Positions 14,562-26,500 of a stretch of 55,435 nucleotides of DNA are shown here, piece after piece. The notes under the pieces were generated by a model, which saw only the letters and a list, made by a program, of their open reading frames with translations, was not told the DNA's origin and made no database searches. The DNA is taken from positions 1-55,435 of IMG/VR virus record IMGVR_UViG_3300042934_000351; one strand, written 5' to 3'. Made by a program: the position numbers and the translations under genes. Numbering within the stretch: position 1 is the stretch's first letter; each line of letters opens with the position of its first letter. Source of the stretch: a virus. Its lineage: Duplodnaviria > Caudoviricetes.

Positions 14562-17500
14562 TTGGTCCTCGTGGCTCGCGACTGGTCCTCGTTCGGCGGT
14601 ACGAGCAACGACGACGCCCAGGATGTTGCGCCCGCGAAGGGAACCGACTGGTCGCGCTTCGGCGGTACGGGAGTCAGCAACAAGCCGTGGGAGCAGGGTG
14701 TCGGCTGGCAGGCCGGTGGCCAGATGGGCTCCACGGCCAACGCCTTCGACAACGAGTTCTACGACAAGTGGAACCAGGACATCGAGAAGGCTCAGAAGGA
14801 GAACCAGCTTCTCGACCTGTACGACAAGAACCGCAAGTTCACTGGCATCGTCACCCGCGACGACGCAAAGCACGGTGTCAAGTTCGGTGACGTCTATCGA
14901 GACGGCGAGAAGCAGTTCAACATGCTCGACGACGCGGACATCCCGCGCGCTGAAGCGTACCAGATGCTCGCCCGTGTCACGCTCAGCGACGATGAGCTGG
15001 CTCACGCGCAGAACCAGGACCGTCTCGAAGAGATGGTCGAGGACAAGCGACGCGTCAGTGAGAACGACGCGCGTAAGGGCCGCTCAGCCAAGGCGTTCGA
15101 CGACAAGGTGCAGTCCCGGCAGGAGGAGTTCGTCGCCGGTCAGGGTGACGAGGCGCTCATTGTCGGTGCCAGCGCGGGAGGCGCCGCAGCTGCTCTTGGT
15201 ATCGCCGCCACCGCTGCAGCAGCAACTGGTGTAGGCCTCCCGGTTGCTGCACTGCTCGGTATCGGCGCACTTGGTGTCGGCATCGGTGCTACCGGTGGGC
15301 TCATGAACAAGGACCTGCTCAGCGAGAACGCCGCTCGACAGCAGATTCTCATCGAGGAAGCGAACCGGCGCAAGGACGGTGCCGGAGTCGCTCAGTTCCT
15401 TCGGAGCTTCGGTGAGGTCTACGGCCAGTCGATCCAGCCTGCTACCAACATCGTCATGGGTGGTCAGGACCTCATCGCGGGTGGAGGGAAGTGGAACAAT
15501 GAGTCGGACTGGTACGCCACGGACCCCGAAACCGGAGAGTCTCTTCGGCACGGCTTCTGGGACGCTGCTCGGTTCGGGGCAGGCGCTGTCGACGCTTTTG
15601 GAAGCTCAGCCGGAGCAGGTCGAATCGCGTACGTGGGAAGCATCGGAGCTTCCCTACTGGGCCAGGGCACACAGCTCGGGTACCAGGGCGAGATCTTCAA
15701 CGACCGGTCCGGGGAGTTTCAGAGTATCTACACCAACGAGCAGGGCGAAGCGGACCCGTTCCGCGCCGCCAGCGCGTGGGGAGCGTTCGGCATCGACGCC
15801 GTCCAGTCCCTCGGAGTGCAGGGGATGCTCTCATCTTCGATTCGGCGAGGTCAGGGAACCACTGGTCTGGCCAACGAGAGAGTCACAGCTGGTGGTCGGT
15901 CGTTCACGCTTGACGCCGATGGAAGAGCTACAGGTCGAGCTGGCTTCGATGTATCCTTCCTGGCTCCTTCTGAGGCCTTCCGAGGTGTCACAGCTGCAAG
16001 CCTTCTCCGACTCAAGAACCGCGGCAATGTCGTAACCGCAGACGAGCTCTACCGTGCCGTCCGGAACATCGAGAACAAGGCTGGTGCTGGCTGGGGCGCG
16101 ACTCTGACGACCGGCCTCGCGGAAGGCTACGAGGAAGGCGTGCAGGCCCTGCTCAACCAGTGGGCGACCGGTGAAGAGTTCGACCTCGACGAGATCGTTT
16201 CCGGCGCGACGCAGGGTCTGAGCGCAGGTCTCGGTATGGGTGCTGCAGGCGCGCTCATGGCGAGGGGTGGAGACAAGAGGCTCCGCGACCAGGCCAATGC
16301 TGCCCGCGTCGTCACTGCTCGCCCGGACGAGATGGATGCTCTCAAGCCCATCTCGGACGAAGAGTGGAGCAACATGACGGACACGCAGAAGCGCGTGGCC
16401 GCCAACCTCAACACGGTCGAGACCGCGGCCATGCAGACCGCGCTCGGCAACGTGAGTCTCCAACAGGCGAAGACGATCCTGCTCAAGGACCCTGCTGCTC
16501 AGCAGCGCCTGGACATCGCGCGCATAGCGCTCAGCGAAGCAGAGATGCGGAACGCTGCTCCCAACACCAAGTCCTACATGCGCATCACAGCGTTCGAGGA
16601 CACGAAGATTCCTGGCGACAAGGTCCAGGCCTCGTTCGCTCGTGTCGGTGAGCTCATCGAGGACCAGCGCGTGGCCCTGGAGCTCATGGCTCGTGGCGGC
16701 GCGGCTGACCAGCAGATCGACCCCGAGACCGTGCAGATGGCCGGAGAGGCCGTCGCCGAGCTCGACCAGCTGGTGCCCTGGATGCAGAACCAGATGGTCG
16801 CGTTCTCTCGAAGCAACCGTCGCGAGCGCGCATTCATCATGGACCAGATCAATGCGGTGCTGGACCACTGGGGCTCGGGCACGCCGGTCGACACGAACCT
16901 CAGCCTCCCGGAAAACCTCGTCACGACGGACCCCGCGCTGGCTCTGAGCCGTGCTTACGCGGTCAGCATCAACTTCGCTCGTGACCCGATCGACCAGAAC
17001 ATCTCGTTCCAGCTGCTCGTCCCCACAGTCTCGCAGACGATGACTGAGATGAACGCGAACCAGACGATTCAGGTCTCGTACTCCATCCTCGACGCGATCG
17101 GCGGAGACTTCGACGGTGACCGTATCCGGTCCGTCCAGCGTCTCGCCACGAGCCCTGCCGAGTTCCGCCGTGCTCGTTCGGGTCAGCGCTCTCTCATGAG
17201 CGACCGGACCAGTGCCATCGCTGAGCGCCACTTCGAAGAGGCCTGGCTCGACAACTACCGCCAGGCAGCACAGTCGCAGCAGATGCAGGACCTTCTCCTG
17301 CGCACACGCGCGAACGTGCGCTTCGCCATTCGTGATCAGGTCGACGCCGACCCCATCCTGCAGCAATACATCTCTCAGGCCTTCGCCCAGATCGAAACGG
17401 GGTCGAAGACAGCGATCAAGGACTTCGTGACTGCCGTCATGAAGGACACTCGCATTGCACCGAGGCTGCTTGCTAAGGGAGCCGACGGCCTGTTCAACGT

Positions 17501-20500
17501 TCCGGAGAGGCTCAACCGCCTCTTCAGCAATGCGATGGCGGACTTCAGTCAGCGACTCAGTGTCGTGACGGCTCCCGACCCCATCGTGTACGATGTCAAG
17601 GACCCCATCCCCATGAAGCAGGGTGGGCCTGTCATTCGTGAGCGGCGCGCGGTAACGGCTGGGCGCACCATGTTCCAGGAGAGCCCGGCAGCTCAGATCT
17701 TCCGGATCTTCCAGGAACTTCGTTACTCGCCGCTCCGAACCCCGGTGGAGGCACGCCACCTCGTCGACCGGGAAGAGCCTCTCCTGGCCGACCTGCAGGC
17801 TCTGTACCTGCAGATCGGCCAGGGTGAGGTTGAGAGTGTTGTCGAAGCGGCGTACGCCGACTCCGAGGTCAACGCTCGCGTGATCGCTTGGACGCAGCAG
17901 ATGTCCGACGAGAGCGCTCGTCAGGGTGAGCGCATCCCCGTGGCGGTCCTGGCCTCGATGGCTGTGCCTCACTTCGGTCAGGACGGTCGCTTCGACGGCT
18001 ACGTGACGCTGACGCAGTCCCTGCTGGAGCGCTCGATCGCCATCGACGAGTCCAAGTACGGGCCACTCATCTCGGGTGACCCGAACCTGCAGGCTCGCTT
18101 CACCAAGCTCCGTGAGATGACGAAGCCGCCTCGCTCGGACTCGAAGGCCCCGGTTCACAAGAAGCGTGCCGGTGCGGCGTTCGTGTATGTCTACGGCCAG
18201 ATGTCGGTCCGTGACCTGACCGAGGTCCACGGTTCGATCCTCAACGACCAGGCCACGATCGACGAGCTCTACCGCTCGTACCGTGACCAGGACTACCACG
18301 GTCGCCACTCGTGGATGAAGTCGGCTAAGACCAGTGGACAGTACCCCGAGTTCATTCGTGAGGGCGACCTGCCCTACACGGAAGAGACGGCACTCTCCGC
18401 AGGCGTGTCGCCCTACCGGGTGCTCATCGACTCCATCGAGGAAGCTGGAAACTTCGACCTGAGTGTCGACGAGAACGGTAACCCGACAGGTATCGTGGCT
18501 CGCCAGAGCGGGCAGGTCTCGACGGACATGCAGGCCATCGTGACGGAGATTCAGGAAGGCATCAGCCTCGCGGCTCTTCCTGAGAACCGAGAGCTCACGC
18601 TGGAGAACCTGCAGCTCTTCCTGGCTCAGAACCCTCAGATCAGCCAGGCAGTGATCGGCCTCGCGGCGTACGATCCCAAGATGGCAGCTGTGTTCGCTGA
18701 TCTCAACGCAGCAAACCCGCGCATGGCCCCCTGGCTGTACGAGGCCCTGCTCCTGCCGCCCAAGACGGCTGAGCTGAACATCCTGATGAACACGGCGATC
18801 CTCTCGTACCGCGCCCTCGACATTGCCCCGCAAGAGGTGAGCGACCTTGACGATGACCCGACTGGTCACGTGCGTGACTACGAGAAGCTCGATGACCGCT
18901 TCCACCAGCTCTTCTTCAAGCTCGCCGCAGCAGACCGCTCTGGCATGCGTATCGCTCAACTGTTCCGTGACGTGGAATCGATCACGAACCGTGGTGGCGG
19001 GGTAGACGAGTTCATCCGTCTCCTGAACAACAAGTACCGTGGCAACCAGGCACCCTTCGTGGCCTGGTACCGTGACGTGGCGTCCTTCGACGCCTCTGCC
19101 ATGATGCGCTTCGGTGCGCCGGTCGCAGGTACCGAGCAGCGCAAGAGCATCAGCGAGCTCAAGATGGCAACCGCAGGTATCGCTCAGACGATCCAGAAGG
19201 AGCGCGAGGCTCAGGCCGCTGTGACGGACCTGCTGGCGAAGGCTCGTGAAGAGCGCCGTCAGGGAGTCGAGACGCAGAACGGCCCACGCATGGCGCTCCG
19301 CGAGGCCATCGAGTTCGTTCGTAAGTTCGAAATCGGCACCGGCCCGAACGAGATGATCGACTCGCTGACCGCCTCGCTCGAAACCTTCTTCGCGAAGGCG
19401 GCAGACAAGGGCGTCGGACCCGACGAGTTCGCCCCCGCCGCCGCTCTGGAAGTCATGTTCCATGAGTTCGCGATCAACTACTCTCGTGTGGACACCAGCA
19501 CCGGCACGATCGACCTGGATACGGTCATCCGTAACCCCTCGATCCTGCTGCGCGGTCCGATCACGATCATGGATAACTCGGGCAACGAGTTCGAATGGCT
19601 TCCTGAGGACCCCAGCCTCACGGACGAGGATGCAATCGAAGATCGCATCCTGACTCAGATCGAAGACTTTGTTCTCGACAACTGGGATGGGACGACTCGG
19701 GCTGACAACATGCCCCAACTGTCTCAGGGCGTCGCGCAGAGCGTGATCCGCCGCATGCTTGAGCCTTCGGTCTGGCAGATGACTGCTGACGGACGGGGCT
19801 TCCAGCAGAGGAGCCTGGTCGACGACAGCCTCGCAGGCATGCTCTCGCGCGACGCCTACAGCCGACTGTACGGTGACAACAACGCTCCGATCAGTGAGAG
19901 GGACAATGGCTCCATCATGGAGTGGCTGGCCCTCGTCAACTCGTCCAGTGGAGCGTACGGCGGCAACGTCGAGGTTCAGCGCTACCTGAGCAAGTACCTC
20001 GCTCACGCCGCGTCCAGCCTCAAGTCCCTCAGCCCCAGCGACGCGCAGAAGCTCGTGTCGCAGACGATGCACGAGCTCGGCTTCATGCTCCAGAAGGTTG
20101 GCGACATCGTCAACCAGTACGCAGACGACGACTGGAACCTGCCCGCTGACGAGACCGACCCTGACGGTCGCCCGGTCGACATCCTGACCAGTGCCCGTCT
20201 CTCGGCTCGTGCAGAGCGGTCTGACCGCTGGCTCCGGTCCCGCTTCGGGTCGAGCCTGCCGGACGGCACCACGCGAGAGATCGTGGACCAGTGGATGCTG
20301 CAGGAGATCAACGCCCTGACCTCAGCAGCAGTCAGCCAGAACCTGCGTGACACGTGGATGAAGGCTGTCCAGGACCAGGACGACGCAGCTGCTCGTGTCG
20401 CGATGGACCAGATCCAGTCGGCCCTCTCAGACAAGAGCATCCAGGACAAGGTCAGCGAGGCGCAGTTCGTTCGGGACGTGTACCTCAACAAGGAGCCTGT

Positions 20501-23500
20501 CAAGGCCCTCATCGAGATGTACGGCTACCCGCCCTCGGGCGATGGAGATGCCGCAGCAGCACGCCGTACCCTGCTCAGCAACTACGTCAAGACTCTCGGC
20601 ACAGACCTCACGAACCGTGCGCGCTGGGCCGACGCGTCGATCCACCGTGTCGCCAACGCTACTGGTCGGATGATCGGTCGTCGTGAGGACCCTGGCACCA
20701 CCGCCGCCTCGGAAGAGGACTGGAACGCTGTCTCGCGCGCGGTCATCTCCTACGAGCTCATCCGTCTCGCGGGCCAGCAGGGTGCGAGCGAGATTTCGGC
20801 GTCGGAGTTCCCGAAGCTGGAGTACAAGGGTGATGGCGAGCTCACCGACGAGCTGAAGAACTGGGACCCGAGCCAGCAGTACGTCTTCGATGACCTGCTC
20901 GACATCAAGAGCCCGATGGTTCGTGCGGCGGCGTACATCAGCCGTCAGTCGCGTCGTGACAACGACGTGACGATCGGCGACCTCGGTCGTACTCTCGACA
21001 CTGGTCTCGGTGACGAGTACCGCCTGCGGCAGTGGACGATCTTCATCCCGCCGACCGCCAAGGAAGCCAGCGACCGCTTCGACTCGAACGCCGCTCAGTA
21101 CCTCGTCGCGATGGCTGGTCAGCCGCAGGACGTGGTCGGTATCGCTGCCGCCACGCCGTCTGACCCCGACATCGGCAAGGTCGCTCAGGTCGGCGGGCTG
21201 GATGCCAACCTGGTGTCTGTCTCGCTCGCCAGCGAGAAGGGCAACACGCCTCCTCTGACGGTCGGTGACCTCGTCTTCGGCAACCCGTTCCGTTTGCGGC
21301 TCAACACCAGCAGAGTCGTCGGTGGCAAGGTGACTGCAGGCACGATGATGCCGCTGGCGAACCTGCATGGTCGCTTCGTCAAGACCTTCAAGGTTGGCGG
21401 CGTCGAGTACCCGATGGAGCACATCGCGGTCTTCCACGAGGCCAGCCAGTACTGGGTGCTTGACCTCGACCGTGCTCGCGAAGTCTTCAAGCACATGCCT
21501 CGGTCCACGGTCATCGAGATGGAGATCGTGACGCAGGCTGAGAAGATCGTCATCAAGGATGACACGGTCACAGGCCTCGCGCACAGCCAGTACTTCGACG
21601 GTGTCATCGACCCTGTCACCGACATCGACTCGCCTCGCTCTCTCATCGGCGCTCAGCTCAGCGCTGCAGGCGGCTCGGGTCGTATGGAGCAGCAGAACGC
21701 TCTGCAGGCGGCGAAGAAGGGCCTCCGCGCCCTGCTCCGTGCAGACCTGTTCTCTCGCCGCGAGCGGGCCGTGATGGAGACGCGCTGGGCAACAGACCTC
21801 TCCTACGTCCTGCACCTCAAGGCGATGGGTGTCGCTCAGAAGGGCAAGAACCTCGTCGAAAACGACTGGCGCTTCTACAACTCGTTCTACAAGACCGAGG
21901 AAGTCCGTCACTTCGTAGCTTCGGAAGAGGGTCTCTGGTCGGCAGAGCGCGTCATTCAGTGGCAGCGCGAGAACCCCGGCCTCCCGATCACGGATGAGAA
22001 GGGCCTCGGCCCGACCGCTCGCCTCGTCGTGCCGCCACAGGCCAAGCTCCGTGCCATGTACGGTGACTTCGGTCCCAGCGCGCGTACTCTGCCCAACGGC
22101 CAGGTGTGGACCGGAGACCCTGCAGACATCCCCGTCTTCGACGGTGTCACGACTGCTCGCCTCATCGAGCAGATTCCGGGTGTCTTCAACAAGACCAAGC
22201 TCAACCTGCTCGGTACTGAGTTCGGTGCACGTCGCCCCTTCACCAAGTACTCAGGCACTCGGTTCATGGACTACGAGAAGGTCAAGGAGAGGGCCAACCG
22301 TCTCGTCGTCCGTGACCAGAAGCGTGCACGCCTCGACGCTGACCGTCAGACGAGCCTGACCTTCAACGCCGCAGAGGTGTCGAAGCCCGGTATCGACCTG
22401 CTGAACAAGAGTATTCGTCTCAGCCCGATCTTCGACTGGCGTCGTTACGGCATCCCGATCGATGCCAAGACCGACCCTGGCACGCAGTTCATGGCAGCAC
22501 GTGCAGCAGCAGACCTCACGGCCTCTATGAACCGCGACGGTCGGAAGGTCGTCCTGGAGTTCCGCGAGGTCGACACATCGCGCACGCCTGGCGATGGAGT
22601 CCTGACCGCAGCAACGTGGGGCGACACCCGCGTTCCGGGTCTCGAAGCCGGTCCTGGCGACCTGCTCGTGGTCGATGTCGACTCCTGGACCGACGAGCAG
22701 CTCAACACGATCGCGTTCCGTCGTCTGGAGCAGTTCATGGAGAGCGGCGCGGACATCTTCCTCGCCACGACCGAGAGCACCACGAACCTCGGCATCCTCT
22801 CGCGCTACATTCAGCAGAGCCAGCGCTACGAGCAGATTCCAGGTTCGCCGAACCACTTCCGTGAGCGTGACTACGCACAGCCCCGGAGTGCAGACATGGA
22901 GGCGCTGGCAACCACGCTGACGTCGACGAACCCCATCTCGGGCGAGAACAAGACCCTCCTGTTCCACGGCTTCAACGTGGACATGGACGAGAACACGGCC
23001 AAGGTCAAGGACCCGGAGTACTTCAAGAGCCGCGAAGTCGCGATCGTCACGAACATCGTTCCGTCTCGCACCTACCCGGGCTTCGCTCTGCCGAAGACCG
23101 CGAAGACGCAGACTCAGGTCGTCCGCAAGGTCGCTGAGCTCACGATCAACCGTCCTGACTGGATGACGGACAGCGAGCACCGTGCCGTCACCCGTCTGAA
23201 CGACAAGTACAACAAGATGCGCGGCGGCGGGGAGTTCCCGTCCGGCGAGCTCCGCAAGGGTGACTTCATCCCCCAGGTGAAGGCAAAGCCCAACGGTGAA
23301 ATCCAGATCTACTTCCACCGCTACAAGCACAAGGACGTGCCGTGGTCACAGGTACAGGACCAGCTCGAAAAGCAAGACGGGATCGCGCGTACGACCAAGA
23401 GTGTCGATGCGAACTTCACTGGCTTCGAGGGCGAGGTCACCAACCTGGAGGCCTCGACCAAGCACGGTGCCCGTGTACGCCTGCGTGTCTCGCTCGGAGT

Positions 23501-26500
23501 GCTGGGCGACAAGAAGCAGGTCGCCCTCGCTGGTATGAAGTACACCATCTCGTCGGGTACTGGCTACACGCCTACCACGCGGCTCACTCCCGATCGTGAC
23601 ATCGACCTTGAGTCGGACTACGCGAGCCTGAGCGGCAAGAACGCCTGGCAGGGAACGATGTACAACCACCGTTCGGCGATCGTCGCCTTCGGCTGGGACA
23701 TGCGCGGGAAGCTGCTGGAGGCCTTCCGAGAGGCGACCGGCAACGTCGACATGACGGATGCTCAGCTCCGTCAGATTCTGCAGGACTTCTCGCGTCGTGC
23801 CGAGAAGCTGCCCGCCTCGTACCTGCGCGAGATCATCAGCGATCGTGGCCAGCTGGCCAACATCATGTCGAACAACGGCTCGCCTGTCGACTTCAACCAG
23901 CCTGGTCCTCTCGCGGGCTACGTTGAAGCGACGCTCGTCTACCTGATGGGGGCCGAGACCGCGGGTCCGGGCGACAACCCTGTCAACCACATCATGGGTC
24001 CGTTCGGAGGGCTCGTGCAGGGGCCTTCCTTCATGGGCGCGACAGGCCAGGAGCTCCCTCGCCTCTTCACAGAGTACTTCGACAGCCTGCCGCCCACGCA
24101 CGAGACGCGCAAGGACATCATCGCCACGATGCAGCAGAAGCTGGGTCGTGACAAGAACGGGTACTACATTCTGAACCCGGACTTCACGATCACGGCTGTC
24201 ACGCTCAAGAACGGCAAGATCGTTCGCTCGGAGACCGGTCGTCTTCAGATCGCAGAGGTCAACAGTACGGGTGACAACCCGACCTTCGACCGCTTCGCTG
24301 AAGACTCTGCAGGCAAGTACGAAGACTGGTCGCCCCACACGGCGGCGCTCTCGACCACTGCTCTCGGCACCACGCTCGCCCGCTCGAAGGACCTGCTCAG
24401 CTCGATCTTCCGTACCGTGACCGCAGAGCAGGTCCCGGAGATCACTCAGGCAGGCAAGAGCGGCGCTTCGATCCTCGATACCATGATGGACATCGGCAGT
24501 ACGACCGACAACGGCGCGTACCGCTGGTCGATGGACACGCCGTCGCAGGAGTGGTACCGCCAGGTGTCGCGCAACCTCGGCTGGGCGTACCGCGTCCCTG
24601 TCGATCCTGCCAAGTGGGCGTACCCAGACGACGAGGCCGGTAAGCAGACCGACCGTGAGCGCAAGTGGGACGAAGGTGTCAAGGAGATTCTCTCGGTCCT
24701 GCACCTCAAGGAGAACCAGTCGAGCCTGGTGCACTACTGGGTTCGCCAGACCATCGGACAGTTCGGGGACAAGGACCCCGAGAGCAAGGATGGCGACGTC
24801 ACCTTCGACCTCGCCATGCAGGCTCTGGCCGACATCACTTTCAATGTCAAGGCAAACGTGCTCCCGGTCGTCGACGCCGACGTTCCGATGCTGCATCGTG
24901 ATGACCTCGCCGCGATCTTCGAGGCGAACCGTTCACACCCGAAGCCGTGGCTTCTCCGTGAAGGTGTTGACATCCACACGCCGGTCCTGCAGTCCAAGAC
25001 AGTCATTCCTTCCGACTGGTCGGGCTTCGTGCACGTTGCCCTCGGGGTTGCAGAGACCGGGCAACGCAACTTCGACGCTATGAACCTCACGGCTGTCGAT
25101 GGCCTCCTGCAGTCCTACGCTCTCGGTGAGGACGCTCTGCGCGGCCTGCCGATCAGCCGCTCCGACCTGGTCGAGGCGAAGCTGTGGGACCCGCAGACCT
25201 CGCGCATCGTGATGAGCATCGACCCTCGGAAGAACGCGTACGCCAAGGAGCCGTCCATCCTGGACCCCGCGACGGCCACGCTCAGCACCATGTTCGGAGT
25301 CCAGCGTCAGGGCTCCCGCTGGCAGGGCGCTCGTAACCTGTCTCCCGAGCGCCGTCGTCGTGACCAGTACCGTGCGCGCTACCGCCGTGAGCGCGGTCTC
25401 TCCACCCCGGTCGAGACCGGCGTGCGGAACTTCCGACAGACCGGCGCACAGTACGTCAACGAGTCCACGACCAAGAACGGTGTGGTCCTCGCAGTTCACG
25501 ACCTCCGACACTTCACTACGCTGTTCAACCCGTTCCTGTGGCTCGGTGCAGGTGTCGAGATGACTGTGCGTAACGTGCAGGATGACCTCATCGGAACGCT
25601 GATGGGCACGGCGACAGGCGGAGCCTCTCGCCTCAACCCGATCAACTGGAGCAAGGAAGGTCAGCTGCGTCTCGCACAGTTCGCCAACACCCGCAAGGCC
25701 CTCGCAGAGAATCCCGCCTTCGCGAGCATGATGTACGGCGACATGCAGTTCAAGGACCCGCACATTCGCCGTAACTTCGTCACGAAGTTCACGGGCTTCC
25801 TCGGTCGTTCTGGCGACTGGATGCAGGATCCTACGTACGGCCAGCCGCAGAACACGATGGCTCGTCGATACGTCGAGGCTGTGCTGGACTCGTTCTCCAG
25901 CACTCCCGGCGTGGAAGTCAGCGAAGCGGCCCTGCTCTACAACCTGGAGAAGGACCCTCAGTACGTCAAGAAGAACTTCGCCGACGCGCACCGGTCCGCC
26001 ACTGCTCGTGTAGCCAACATGCGTTCACTCAAGATGACCTCGCTCGGCCTCCTTCTTCGGAGTGTCTACGAGATTCCGGGGTCCTCGCAGAACGGCGGCG
26101 TGCGCATGTTCGGCGACCTGTTCCTCAAGACCCCTCTCATGTACAGCGGGTACCTGGCGAACGTAGCCACCAACATGCTTGGCCTCAACACCGCCAATAA
26201 CCTGATCCTGATGTACCTCAACGGGCGGCGCGCAGGCAAGTTCGCTCGCCGTGCTCTCGGGGAGGCGTACACGAAGGATGGTATCATCGACCTGTCGTCG
26301 ATGATTGACACGCTGGACCTGACCCGCTCGATGGTCGCAGACGGTATCTCGGTCTCGTCCCTGTTCATGGCAGCGGCGTTCGCAGGCTCGACAGGTATGG
26401 CCAGCGGTGAGGACGAGGAGGAGCGTCGTCGTCGCAAGGCTATGCAGTACCAGGGTGGCGGAATCATCTACGACCCCCGTCAGATCGAGAACGACTGGCG

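Noticed and set aside
15831-20072. 1,413-aa antisense ORF, and similar ones at 27992-30100, 29869-31926, 34805-36445 and 44500-46104
   Set aside because: These are codon-register shadows of high-GC sense genes, with V/L/R/H-rich translations and no recognisable motifs.
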